43,681 nt of DNA, taken from positions 1-43,681 of IMG/VR virus record IMGVR_UViG_3300049172_000049. One strand, given 5' to 3'. Positions 1 to 8,518 of the stretch are shown here, in pieces. Position 1 is the first letter of the stretch. Every line of letters starts with the position of its first letter. The notes beneath the pieces were generated by a model. That model had not been told where the DNA came from, did not search any database, and saw nothing but the letters and a program-made list of their open reading frames with translations. Source of the stretch: a virus. Its lineage: Duplodnaviria > Caudoviricetes. The translations under genes and the position numbers were made by a program.

Positions 1-712
1 CGGTGACGAGGGCGCCCTCGACCGGGGTGAGGGGGCGCCCGTACCGGGTGAGGCGCAGCGCGAGCACGGCCTCGAACGGCGCCTTGCTGCGCCACCTGCG
101 CCCGTACCGGTGCCGCAGCCGAGCCCGCTCGGTGAGCCGCTCTTGTTCGAGGGCGATCACCTGCTCGTACGACCGCAGTTCCCACAGCTTCATGCGCCGC
201 CACAGACGGAACGTCGAGATCGGGTCGAGCAGCCACCGCGAGAGGCGTACCGACTCCATGTGCTTCGCGGCGCTGATGTCCGCGGCAATGCCGATTGCGT
301 GCCGCGCCGCCTCGACGACGACCACGAACAGGACCGGGATCACGGCGTGCATGCCGACGCCGATCGGGTCGGGCCACGCGGCCGCCCCGTTGAACGCGAT
401 CGTCGCGACGGTCAGCAGCCACGCGGTTTGGCGCAGCAGCCCGAGCGGCATACGCAGCCATGTGAGCAGCAGATCGAGCGCGAGCAGCACGAGAATCCCG
501 GCGTCGAGCCCGATCGGGAAGAGCAGCGCGAACGAGCCGAAGTGCTTCGCTTCCGCGAGGGTGCGGACCGCGGCGTACGAGCCGATGAACCCGATCAGGG
601 CGATCACGGCAGCGCCGAGCGCTACGCCGGCGATGAGCTTGCGCTGCAGGGGGGTGAGCTGCGGTCGGTCACGCTCGGGTTCGGTTCGACGCTCGCCGTT
701 ACTATCAGCCAC
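1..712 (-). CDS. DUF2637-like multi-TM membrane protein (plasmid/AICE transfer-region type), 3'-truncated by window
   Basis: Manual translation from GTG 712: MADSNGERR...IALIGFIGSYAAVRTLA...FPIGLDAGILVLLALDLLLTWL...TIAFNGAAAWPDPIGVGMHAVIPVLFVVVVEAARH...WLLDPISTFRLWRRMKLWELRSY. About 4 TM helices. Absent from the ORF track because there is no stop in the window. Confidence 0.8.
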   Translation of the reverse strand, partial: MADSNGERRTEPERDRPQLTPLQRKLIAGVALGAAVIALIGFIGSYAAVRTLAEAKHFGSFALLFPIGLDAGILVLLALDLLLTWLRMPLGLLRQTAWLLTVATIAFNGAAAWPDPIGVGMHAVIPVLFVVVVEAARHAIGIAADISAAKHMESVRLSRWLLDPISTFRLWRRMKLWELRSYEQVIALEQERLTERARLRHRYGRRWRSKAPFEAVLALRLTRYGRPLTPVEGALVT

Positions 713-804
713 GGATCGGCCCTCTGCTCGACAGTTGGGGGCACGGTCCGCCCCGACCTATGGCGTTCGCGGCGCCGGCCGGGGCATTCCGTTGTGCGGG
801 TTCG

Positions 805-851
805 ACCGTAGGTGAACCTGCTTTACAGTGTCAACAAGGTTAGGGCAGGAT
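805..851. promoter_or_regulatory. Back-to-back divergent sigma70/HrdB-type promoters
   Basis: Minus: TTGACA(834-829)-N18-TACGGT(810-805). Plus: TTTACA(822-827)-N18-CAGGAT(846-851), 7 nt before ATG 859 (leaderless). Confidence 0.65.
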
Positions 852-858
852 GAGCGCC

Positions 859-1125
859 ATGCCAGAGCGGGAAGAGCCGCCGACACAGGGTGCGGGCGAG
901 GGGGAACCGAGGTTGGGGAACATGTCCCAGGTTGCTGCCGAACTCGGCGTGTCCCGGCAGTACGTGCACACGTGGCGCCGTACGCACGAGGACTTTCCGG
1001 CGCCCCGCCGTCGGCCCGGCAGTACCCGTGACGAGTGGGATCTCGACGAGGTGCGCCGCTACTGGTCGACGCGCGACCTACGCCCCGGTGCGCGCACAGA
1101 TCTACAGCCCGACGACGAGCCGTAA
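859..1125 (+). CDS. AlpA/excisionase-like HTH DNA-binding protein
   Basis: LGNMSQVAAELGVSRQYVHTWRRTHEDFPAP...EWDLDEVRRYW is a winged HTH with the FPxP motif. Alternative start at 850. Confidence 0.8.
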   Translation: MPEREEPPTQGAGEGEPRLGNMSQVAAELGVSRQYVHTWRRTHEDFPAPRRRPGSTRDEWDLDEVRRYWSTRDLRPGARTDLQPDDEP

Positions 1126-1162
1126 CGGGCTCGATACCGACCACACTGAAGGGGAACCAGCC

Positions 1163-1381
1163 ATGCCGATGACCTACGACGAGGTGCAGTCGGACGACCG
1201 CGTGAGCTGCCACTCACGCGACGACGCCGAGGGGACCGTGATCCGCAAGTTCATGGGCGGCGAGGACGGCACGACCGGATACGTCGAGATCGAGTTCGAC
1301 GAGGGCGGGTTCGCCTTCAACTACCCGAAGCAGCTCACCCGCATCGCCGCCCCGGAACCGGCGGCCGAGGTGAGCGCGTAG
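1163..1381 (+). CDS. Small hypothetical protein (possible SH3/KOW-like beta-barrel)
   Basis: SD AAGGGG before ATG 1163, GC3-rich codons, DRV...EGTVIRK...YVEIEFDEG pattern. Confidence 0.7.
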   Translation: MPMTYDEVQSDDRVSCHSRDDAEGTVIRKFMGGEDGTTGYVEIEFDEGGFAFNYPKQLTRIAAPEPAAEVSA

Positions 1382-1393
1382 CCAGACACACAG

Positions 1394-1428
1394 AGGCGCC
1401 CCCGCTGCAGCAGACAGCGGGGGCGCCT
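1394..1428. terminator. Intrinsic terminator between convergent genes
   Basis: 14-bp stem AGGCGCCCCCGCTG/CAGCGGGGGCGCCT, 7-nt loop, followed by TTCTGT. Confidence 0.8.
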
Positions 1429-1436
1429 TTCTGTGC

Positions 1437-2396
1437 CTACGCGGCCGCGCGATCCCGAGCTGCTGCTCGCTGCCGAGCCCGGTCGTCGGCCCGCTTCCGG
1501 CGCCGAGCCGCCTCGTCGAGTTCCCGCTGCAGGGCGGCGAGCTGCGCGGGCGTCGACCACGTACGGCGGCCGCCGTCGAGCCCGACCGGCGCCGTGCAGT
1601 CCGGACCGGCGCACGTCACGATGTCGTCCTCGCCGCCGCCCGCGTGCATCGTGAGATCGCTGCCGCAGTACGGGCACGGCCGATCCATCGTCACGGCGTA
1701 CCGGTCCACGGTGCCGCCGATCGTCCGCTCGATCCGGCGCGCGGCCTCGCGGGCGACGAGCCCGATCGCCGCCCGGTGATGGTCGCGCAGCGGCATGCAC
1801 GGCCCCTCGTCACCGCGCAGCCGGCCGAGCAGCCACTCGGCCGCCCGTACCGCGCCGCGGTCGCCCATGGTGAAGTGCCACCGGGCAGGGTCGGCCTCGT
1901 CGCGGGCGGCGAGCATGGCGAGGGCGAGCCCGACCGGGTCGCCGGGGATCGACCGGCGCAGCGCCTTGACTGTGTCGCGCTGAATCTCGGCGGCGATCTG
2001 ATCGGCGATTGAGCACAGAGCGACCTCGACCGCGCGGCACGCGTCGACGACGTGCAGCCGCAGCGGCACCGGGCGCTCGCCGAGCTGTCCGGGGTGCCGG
2101 TCGGGGCGCGGCAGGTGGCTGCGCCCCTCGCCGACGTACTCGCAGTGCAGGCACTCGTACCGCGGCCGGCCGTGCTCGTCGGTCTTGGTGACGAGGTGCT
2201 GCGCGTGCTGCAGCAGTAGGGCGGTCTCGTCGCGGTCGTGCTCGTCGAGGGTGCGCAGGTACTCGGCCTTGCCCATGGCGGGCGGCCACGTGTCCGAGGT
2301 CTGCGAGGTGTCGATCAGGGCGCGCAAGTGGGTCCAGTGGTCGACGACGACCTGCAGGTCGTCGAGGGCGGTACGGGGGCGGGCGGTGTGCTGCAT
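1437..2396 (-). CDS. Zn-ribbon-containing phage protein (possible late regulator)
   Basis: 319 aa with CLHC and CPYC...CAGPDC motifs. Last gene of the early operon, so the regulator role is inferred from position only. Confidence 0.7.
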   Translation of the reverse strand: MQHTARPRTALDDLQVVVDHWTHLRALIDTSQTSDTWPPAMGKAEYLRTLDEHDRDETALLLQHAQHLVTKTDEHGRPRYECLHCEYVGEGRSHLPRPDRHPGQLGERPVPLRLHVVDACRAVEVALCSIADQIAAEIQRDTVKALRRSIPGDPVGLALAMLAARDEADPARWHFTMGDRGAVRAAEWLLGRLRGDEGPCMPLRDHHRAAIGLVAREAARRIERTIGGTVDRYAVTMDRPCPYCGSDLTMHAGGGEDDIVTCAGPDCTAPVGLDGGRRTWSTPAQLAALQRELDEAARRRKRADDRARQRAAARDRAAA

Positions 2397-2494
2397 GGTG
2401 AGCGCTCCTGTGGTGCGTGGGGCGTAGGCTGATCACACCGCGAAGGGGAACGGGGCGCCCGGTGCTTGCCGGCTTGGGGCGCCCCTCCGTCGTG

Positions 2495-2815
2495 TCAGAC
2501 CGTTCGGCGCCGCTTGTCGCGAGCCCGCCGACGGGCAGCGCGCAGTTCACCGCGCGCGAGCACGCCGTGCCGCTCGTTCGGCTGCGAGGGCGGCAGATGA
2601 TCGACCGGGCTGTACTCGACCCGTCCCTGCGCGTCCCACACGTAGTTCCGGTAACGGTGCATCCCGCGGTGCCCGCGCCGGTAGGCGCAGCGCCAATGCC
2701 GGTAGCCGCCGCCCGCCTCGTCGGTGCGCGGGCAGTGGTTGCAGTAGCCGCGCACGACGGCGAGCAGATCGTGCAGGCGGTCGTGCCACACCTTCCGGTA
2801 GATGCGCAGCCTCAT
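2495..2815 (-). CDS. Hypothetical basic Cys/His protein
   Basis: MRLRIYRKVWHD...YCNHC...WRCAYRRGHRGMH. ATGA overlap with the upstream gene. Confidence 0.65.
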   Translation of the reverse strand: MRLRIYRKVWHDRLHDLLAVVRGYCNHCPRTDEAGGGYRHWRCAYRRGHRGMHRYRNYVWDAQGRVEYSPVDHLPPSQPNERHGVLARGELRAARRRARDKRRRTV

Positions 2816-3180
2816 GACGCGCCCCTCTCTCCCTGGTCTTCGGCACTGGCCTCGGCGGCCGGCATGAACCGCGCGATCTGCCGCATCGCTCGCGCCTCGA
2901 CGAGATCCCACGCCCGCGCGGCGTCGGCAAGGATCCGGCGGCGCAGCGACATGACCTCGTGGTGGGCGTTGACCGCCTCGGGCAGCGAGGTCGCCTCGGG
3001 CAAGTCGAGGCGGCGCTCGATCCGGCCGACGGCGGCACGGTCGAGGATCGCGTCGAGTTCCGCGAAGAGCGGGGCGTCGTAGTGCGGGTGCCGGTGCCGC
3101 CATGCCCTGATCTCGTCAAGGGCGGCGGTCACGTGGTCGGCTGCCGGGGCGGCGCTGGTGTTGTCCACGGGGTTCCTCAC
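2812..3180 (-). CDS. Hypothetical protein
   Basis: 122-aa ORF, GC3-rich, operon-packed. Confidence 0.7.
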   Translation of the reverse strand: MRNPVDNTSAAPAADHVTAALDEIRAWRHRHPHYDAPLFAELDAILDRAAVGRIERRLDLPEATSLPEAVNAHHEVMSLRRRILADAARAWDLVEARAMRQIARFMPAAEASAEDQGERGAS

Positions 3181-3201
3181 AGTCTGTGGATGGCGGGCGG
3201 G

Positions 3202-3414
3202 TCAGAGGGTCGGCAGTACGTCGTGCATGTCGCGGCCGGTCGCGTCCGGCTTGTGGCGCCGGGTCGCGGGCGTGCAGTAGCCGGCGAGCGGGTTGCGGGG
3301 GCCGTGCAGCCACGCGAGGGCGTCGGCGAGTTCCTCGTCGGTGACCTCGTCGTCGGCGTCGTCGTCGAGGTCGGGCTCGTCGAGGTCGTCGTCGAGGTCG
3401 TGTGGCTCGGTCAT
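3202..3414 (-). CDS. Small acidic hypothetical protein
   Basis: MTEPHDLDDDLDEPDL..., ATGA overlap with the upstream gene, GGAG upstream. Confidence 0.65.
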   Translation of the reverse strand: MTEPHDLDDDLDEPDLDDDADDEVTDEELADALAWLHGPRNPLAGYCTPATRRHKPDATGRDMHDVLPTL

Positions 3415-3998
3415 GCCGCCTCTCCTGTACCGGTGTTGAGCCACGGCGCGAGCGCGCCGAGCACGACGTCGATGCGGGCCTCGGTCCGGTCGGCGATGCA
3501 CCTGCACTGAGAGGTGCGCTCGCACTTCGGGCACGGAACGGGGCGGCGTAGGGCGTGTTCGAGGACGCGTCGGACGACGAGCGGGGCGGCGCCCACCTTA
3601 TCGCCCACGCCCATGGGCATGGGCAGCACTTGCTCGTCGTCCTGGTCGACGAGCACGATCTCGGTCGCGCCCTGGTGACCGTGGATGAACTCGACCGACA
3701 CGCGGCCGCGGTCCCAGAACACGGCCGAGGGGTGCTCGCCGCGCCACCGCACCGAGGCGGTTCCGTCCGGCCACAGCACGCCGTCGGCGACCGACCCGTC
3801 GCCGCTCACGCCGCTCACATCGTGGTGACGGCGCACGGTGAACCGCAGCGGCACGAGCTGCTGATCGGGGCGCACGATTCGGCGCCCGGTGAGTTCGAGG
3901 GTGGCCTCGTCGAGCAGTGCCCGCGCGGCCTCGTCGTCGACGACGCGACGCGCGAACGCGAGCAGTGCCTCGACGGCGGTCATCGGCTTGTCGGTCAT
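3411..3998 (-). CDS. Hypothetical phage protein with C-terminal Cys cluster
   Basis: MTDKPMT...RRHHDVSGVSGDGSVADGVLWPDGTASVRW...IHGHQGATEIV...CPKCERTSQCRC. SD GGGAG. Confidence 0.75.
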   Translation of the reverse strand: MTDKPMTAVEALLAFARRVVDDEAARALLDEATLELTGRRIVRPDQQLVPLRFTVRRHHDVSGVSGDGSVADGVLWPDGTASVRWRGEHPSAVFWDRGRVSVEFIHGHQGATEIVLVDQDDEQVLPMPMGVGDKVGAAPLVVRRVLEHALRRPVPCPKCERTSQCRCIADRTEARIDVVLGALAPWLNTGTGEAA

Positions 3999-4222
3999 GC
4001 TGCTGTCTCCCTGGTCTGTCGGTAGCGGACGTTCACGCCGTAGCCGTTCTCGTGGTCGATCTGTGCGACGGCGGCGCCGAGTTCTGCCCAGTGGCGAGCG
4101 GCCTCGGGGTCCGGCCCGCGGCGCTGCTGCTGCTCGCGGCCGCGGCCGCGGCGGGGTCGGGCGCCGCCGAACGTGCCGTCGGGCACGCTCTCGGCGAGCT
4201 GCTTGTCGACGGACACCTTCAC
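3995..4222 (-). CDS. Hypothetical protein
   Basis: GTG 4222 overlapping the upstream stop (GTGA), SD GAGG, 75 aa. Confidence 0.6.
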   Translation of the reverse strand: MKVSVDKQLAESVPDGTFGGARPRRGRGREQQQRRGPDPEAARHWAELGAAVAQIDHENGYGVNVRYRQTRETAA

Positions 4223-4722
4223 GAGGACACCTCGCATTCCTGGGGTGCGGTGCGCGCAGCCTCGCGGGCAGCCCGTACCGCCTCGCGAGCCTGCAGATAC
4301 GTGTCGTTCGGACGACCGGCGGCCGCCGGCTCGGATCCGGTGAGCAGCGCCCGCAGCTCGACCGGCTCGGCGCCGCCGCGGCGTACACCCTCGCGTTCGG
4401 CCCGCAGTGCCGCCCGGTAGCCGGGGATGTTGTCGGGGTCGAGGTGCGGGTACGAGGTCGGCTCGAAGGTGCCGACGTGCCGGTCGAGCCGGCGGCGAGC
4501 CTCGGCGCGCCACCGGGCGGCGATGTCCTTCGGCATGACCGCCCACGCCGACTCGGCGTAGTGGTCGCCGACCGCCCGGCCGGCGAAGTCGAGGGGCACG
4601 TCGCGCAGGATCGCCGCCCACATCGTGAGCTGCGCAGCCTGCTCGGTCTCGTTCACCTTCACGACGCGGTCGTCGACGAGGGCGATCTGCGACAACAGGT
4701 CGAGGGTCTCGTCAAGGGTCAC
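4219..4722 (-). CDS. Helicase loader/inhibitor-like protein (G39P-like)
   Basis: VTLDETLDLLSQIALVDDR...MWAAILRDVPLDFAGRAVGDHY...MPKDI, directly after the replication initiator. Confidence 0.6.
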   Translation of the reverse strand: MTLDETLDLLSQIALVDDRVVKVNETEQAAQLTMWAAILRDVPLDFAGRAVGDHYAESAWAVMPKDIAARWRAEARRRLDRHVGTFEPTSYPHLDPDNIPGYRAALRAEREGVRRGGAEPVELRALLTGSEPAAAGRPNDTYLQAREAVRAAREAARTAPQECEVSS

Positions 4723-5645
4723 GACGCGGTACCTCCGTTCAGGCGCTCGCGCAGCCGGTCGAGCCCGGCGCGCTGCTGCTGTGACTTGGTCATGGGCTGC
4801 TGCGCGAAGGGGACGACGACGCCGCCCGGCGCCGCCTCGGTGCGCTCGTTCTCGGCCCACTGCTGCCAGCGGCCGCCGAACCCGGCGGCGCGCACCTGGT
4901 CGTCGAGCATGCGCTGCCGGAACTTGCGGGTGACGGCGTCGAGTTGCTGCGCGCTGAGCTGCTCGCGGCCGCCGTCGGCGCGGGCGAGCTGCGCGGCCCG
5001 CACGTCCTCGTCGCTCGGCTGCCAGTCGGCGGCGATCTGAGAGAGAGCCGCCCGGCCGCGCGACCCACCTGCAGGTGACTCTCTACCTTCACCCCCCTCG
5101 TAGGAGGGGAGGGGAGGGGAGGGGTTCGCGCGCGCACGAGTCCCCGAGCTGTCCCCAGGGGACGCAGCGCGTTGACCTGCATAGTCGTCATATTCCGGCG
5201 CGCGGTCCGTCGACGAATCGTCGTCGAATCGGCCGCGATTCTCGTTCGGACCGTCGGCGAATCCGCCGCGGTTCGGCAGCGGATCTTGCACGGCGCGCTG
5301 CCGCCGCTTCTTCTCGGCAGCCCGCTCGCGCTTGCTCTCGACCTCGGCGCGCGACGGGTTGTACGGGGCGAGGTAGTCGTGAATGAAAAAGTCGCCGGGC
5401 GCCGGCTGCGCGCACTTCGGGTGCCTGCACGAGTGACCGCGTTCGTGCCACAGCCCGGCAGCGACCAACTTCGCGATCTGCGGCTTCGAGCCGTACATCT
5501 TCGCGATGACGCCGGGCACGATGCCGTCGGTCAGGTGCTGTGCGGCGTAGGCGCCGCAGCGCAGCCACAACCCGAGCGCCGCGTTCCCGGCAGCGATCAT
5601 CTTCGGGTGGCTGTGGGCGTTGTCGTCAACGACGAACCATGGCAT
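4719..5645 (-). CDS. RepA-like phage replication initiator
   Basis: MPWFVVDDNAHSHPK...ALGLWLRCGAY...LTDGIVP...LVAAGLW...IHDYL...NPSRAEV is typical of actinophage initiators, followed by a low-complexity linker with DNA repeats. Confidence 0.8.
   Translation of the reverse strand: MPWFVVDDNAHSHPKMIAAGNAALGLWLRCGAYAAQHLTDGIVPGVIAKMYGSKPQIAKLVAAGLWHERGHSCRHPKCAQPAPGDFFIHDYLAPYNPSRAEVESKRERAAEKKRRQRAVQDPLPNRGGFADGPNENRGRFDDDSSTDRAPEYDDYAGQRAASPGDSSGTRARANPSPPLPSYEGGEGRESPAGGSRGRAALSQIAADWQPSDEDVRAAQLARADGGREQLSAQQLDAVTRKFRQRMLDDQVRAAGFGGRWQQWAENERTEAAPGGVVVPFAQQPMTKSQQQRAGLDRLRERLNGGTAS
5203..5290. repeat. Eight degenerate 11-bp tandem repeats (CGRWYC-N5), putative replication-origin iterons
   Basis: Units begin at 5203, 5214, 5225, 5236, 5247, 5258, 5269 and 5280, inside the initiator gene. 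The period is not a multiple of 3. Confidence 0.65.
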
Positions 5646-5655
5646 CGGGGTTCTC

Positions 5656-6030
5656 CTATCCGAGGGTGAGCTGTCCCTCGGGAACCGAGGTCGTACGGGG
5701 GCGGCGCCCGCCTCGCCCGCGCCCGTGGGCGTGGGCGCCAGTGCCGGGGGGCGCCGTGCACTGATGGTCGATCACGTGCGGGCGGGTGCACTCCGCCTTG
5801 CGTCGGTGGCAGTCGGCCCACTGCAGGTCGGGTCCGCCCGCCGAGGTGCGTACACACCAGTCGAGCCGGTTCGGCTCGCGCAGCAACGCGGCGGCCGCGG
5901 CGGTCAGTTCGTCGGCGTCGGCGGTCACAGCTAGCGCCGCCCGGTTGCCGACGAGCTGCCGCAGTACGGTGCGGCCGCAGCGGCAGCGCTCGCGACGAGC
6001 GCCGCCACTGCTGCTCGGGGGGCGGGGCAT
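5656..6030 (-). CDS. Hypothetical Cys-rich protein
   Basis: RCRCGRTVL...CHRRKAECTRPHVIDHQC, TGATG overlap with the upstream gene. Confidence 0.7.
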   Translation of the reverse strand: MPRPPSSSGGARRERCRCGRTVLRQLVGNRAALAVTADADELTAAAAALLREPNRLDWCVRTSAGGPDLQWADCHRRKAECTRPHVIDHQCTAPPGTGAHAHGRGRGGRRPRTTSVPEGQLTLG

Positions 6031-6473
6031 CAGTACTGCTCGACCCGGTTTCCGCCTCGCTGCGCACGCTTGCGTTCCTCGTGCGCCTCGAACTCGCCCT
6101 CGGTCGGCTGCACCGCGAGCAGCTCGGCGACGGTCGCCTCGACGTCCTGCGAGCCGGGCCCGATCTCGTCGAGCGTGCCGTTCATCTTGCGCTGCCGGTA
6201 CATCGCGCGCTGCACCTCGCGCAGCAGCCGGATTTGATCGCCCTCGGTGGCGACCTCGGCGAGCTTGACCCTGAGCTTCACCTGCGGGTCTTTGTCCTCG
6301 TCGGCGGCGTGCCCGGTGTACGTCGTGCTCGCGAACTCGACGACCGCGACGATCCGCGCGCCGGGTGACTCGAACAGCCCGCGGCGCAGGATCGCCGGGA
6401 TCGCCTGCTGCAGCATCGCGGCGGCGCTGTCGAGCTTGACCTCGACCTCGGCATCTTCGTTCAGCCTCGGCAT
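6030..6473 (-). CDS. Hypothetical protein
   Basis: 147 aa with strong GC3 bias. Confidence 0.75.
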   Translation of the reverse strand: MPRLNEDAEVEVKLDSAAAMLQQAIPAILRRGLFESPGARIVAVVEFASTTYTGHAADEDKDPQVKLRVKLAEVATEGDQIRLLREVQRAMYRQRKMNGTLDEIGPGSQDVEATVAELLAVQPTEGEFEAHEERKRAQRGGNRVEQY

Positions 6474-6480
6474 GGGTGGA

Positions 6481-6756
6481 TCACTTCCTTCGCTTCTTCT
6501 TCATGGACCGCTCAAGAGCGGCGTACTGGCGTGCGCCTTCTTCTCTGACCTCGGGGATCGGGCACTCGTCGCGGCGGTGCCGTCCATAGCGGACCGCGAG
6601 CAACTCGACCTCGGCGTATCCGACGGCGTCCTCGGCGTGCCCGCACGGGCACGTGAAGTCACCCGAGGCGAGGCTCTTCGCCTTGTTGCTGTCGAGGCGG
6701 ATCCGCAGCCCGTAGCCGGGGTGCGGGTTGCCGATGGTCGGCCCGATCCCTTTCAT
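6481..6756 (-). CDS. Small putative Zn-binding protein
   Basis: DFTCPCGH...HRRDECP, ATGA overlap. Confidence 0.7.
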   Translation of the reverse strand: MKGIGPTIGNPHPGYGLRIRLDSNKAKSLASGDFTCPCGHAEDAVGYAEVELLAVRYGRHRRDECPIPEVREEGARQYAALERSMKKKRRK

Positions 6757-7895
6757 GCCGCTCGCCGCATTGCGTCCTGGTCGAGGCGGTCGAGCATCAC
6801 GTGCAGCGCGGCCTCGGCCTGCAGCGGGAACACGCCGTTGCCGAGCGCCTTGAGCTGCCCCTGCCGCCCGAGGTCAGGCACCTGCGTCACGTGGCCAGGG
6901 GGCAACCCCTGCATCCACTCTTCGAGTTCGGTGTTCAGCCGGCCTCGATCGTCAGTTGGCCGGGGTGGCTCGACGCCGAACGCTTCCGCCCACCGCGCGA
7001 CGGCGGGGGCGTAGATTCCCCAAGCGTCTTCGCCAGTACCGACAGCGGCGGCGTACCCACTCCCTGACCGTGCTTGTCCCGCAGCCGTTCCCGGCGTGCT
7101 CGCCACACAGCCGGATCCTTGCCGTCGTCGTGCTGTGACGTCGTCGGCGTCGGCAGCAGCCACTCGACCTCGTCGGCCAGAGTCGGACCGTGCCCGCCTG
7201 CTTTCCGCTTGTCGGGATGCTGACTGCCGCCATTCGACCCAAGGTTCGCCGTCGGCGTCTTGAGCAATGGCAAGGATGAACAGCCGTTCGCGGAGGTGGC
7301 AGCCGAGAACGTCGCACGCGCGTACAACGATCCATTCCGCATCGAACCCGAGACCGGCAAGGTCTGCGAGTACGGTGTCGAACCCGATCCGAAGGTGGTT
7401 GCGGACGTTCTCAAAGATCGCGAGTCGGGGTCGTAGAACGCGAAGGGCACGGGCAATGTCGGGCCAGATGTGCCGGTCATCGGCAGCACCTTTCTGTCGG
7501 CCGCCGATACTGAACGGCTGGCACGGATAGCCACCTGTGACGACGTCGGGGCGGCCGTAGAGGTCGACGAGCTGCTGCCAGTCCGCGACGGTCAGATCGC
7601 CGATGTTCGGCACCTCGGGGAACCGGTGAGCGAGGATCTTGCAGGCGCTCGGGTCGATGTCCGACACCCACGCGAGCGACCCGCCGAGCAGCCGCTGCAC
7701 GGCCATGTCGAGCCCGCCGTACCCGGTGCAGAACGACGCGATGAGCGGCCCGTCGGTAACGAGCGGCTGCTGTCCCGGAACCTGCGGCACGGGGTGGGCG
7801 GTCGCGCGAATGGTGTCGTCGAGGGTCGGCCGCGGCGGCGCAACGGCCGTACCGGGGATCGTCGAGGCGCCGGTCGCGGCGGGGCGGCGCCTCAC
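6753..7895 (-). CDS. DNA (cytosine-5) methyltransferase, large chain
   Basis: Motif I SFCTGYGGLD, motif IV GGYPCQPFS, motif VI FENV, motif VIII HLRERLF, motif IX RLNTELEEWMQGLP, motif X LGNGV. Start GTG 7895 overlaps the RuvC stop. Confidence 0.92.
   Translation of the reverse strand: MRRRPAATGASTIPGTAVAPPRPTLDDTIRATAHPVPQVPGQQPLVTDGPLIASFCTGYGGLDMAVQRLLGGSLAWVSDIDPSACKILAHRFPEVPNIGDLTVADWQQLVDLYGRPDVVTGGYPCQPFSIGGRQKGAADDRHIWPDIARALRVLRPRLAIFENVRNHLRIGFDTVLADLAGLGFDAEWIVVRACDVLGCHLRERLFILAIAQDADGEPWVEWRQSASRQAESRRARSDSGRRGRVAAADADDVTARRRQGSGCVASTPGTAAGQARSGSGYAAAVGTGEDAWGIYAPAVARWAEAFGVEPPRPTDDRGRLNTELEEWMQGLPPGHVTQVPDLGRQGQLKALGNGVFPLQAEAALHVMLDRLDQDAMRRAA
6935..7480 (-). CDS. Nested alternative-frame protein inside the methyltransferase (putative TRD/small subunit)
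   Basis: SD-like AAAGGTG before ATG 7480, 181 aa, with LLKTPTA and WLLPTPTT repeats. The 3' half has GC3-rich codons where the main frame reads as low-complexity linker. Confidence 0.7.
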   Translation of the reverse strand: MTGTSGPTLPVPFAFYDPDSRSLRTSATTFGSGSTPYSQTLPVSGSMRNGSLYARATFSAATSANGCSSLPLLKTPTANLGSNGGSQHPDKRKAGGHGPTLADEVEWLLPTPTTSQHDDGKDPAVWRARRERLRDKHGQGVGTPPLSVLAKTLGESTPPPSRGGRKRSASSHPGQLTIEAG

Positions 7896-8518
7896 GCGGC
7901 TGCCCCCATCACGTACCGCTGCACGTACGCGTCGGGCCAATCCGCCTTGCCGAGGGCGTCGCGCTGCGCCTGCGGCATCGTGAACCGCGGCAGCCCGCAC
8001 CAGTCGTAACCGGCGGCGCGCAGCCACCATGCGTCGGCCTGGTCGGCGCCCTCGTCGTTCTCGAACTGCGCGCCGTCCGCGAGGAACGCGGCCGCGGTCA
8101 TGTCCCGTTTCGAGGCGGCGCCGTTGTCCGCGGCGTACTTCTTGAGCGTCGCCGGGGCGACGTACGCCCACGGCACGTCGGCGTCGAGCAGCAGTGCTTG
8201 CACGACGCCGTGCAGGGCGGCGATCGGCTTGAGCGACCTCGGGTGCATGCGGGTCGGCAGATCCTCGATCACGGCGAGGTGCGGCCGGTGCTCGGCGATC
8301 TCGGCGATCAGCGCCCCGCGGATGTGCAGCAGCCGGCGCGGGCCGTCCTTCTGCCGGGTCCGGATCCGGAACGTCGAGCCGTCCGGCCGGCACACGCCGG
8401 TCGAGGTGATCGAGAGGTCGAGCCCGAACACGCGGAACTCGTCGGGGCTGCCGGTGCGGCGGTCGTCGAGCAGCAGCTCGTCGCCCACGGCGATCAGACC
8501 GGGGATCGTGTCCGTCAT
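7892..8518 (-). CDS. ruvC: RuvC-like Holliday junction resolvase
   Basis: VFGLDLSITSTG, AVIEDL, PATLKKYAADNGAASKRDM and DQADA catalytic motifs. Confidence 0.85.
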   Translation of the reverse strand: MTDTIPGLIAVGDELLLDDRRTGSPDEFRVFGLDLSITSTGVCRPDGSTFRIRTRQKDGPRRLLHIRGALIAEIAEHRPHLAVIEDLPTRMHPRSLKPIAALHGVVQALLLDADVPWAYVAPATLKKYAADNGAASKRDMTAAAFLADGAQFENDEGADQADAWWLRAAGYDWCGLPRFTMPQAQRDALGKADWPDAYVQRYVMGAAA

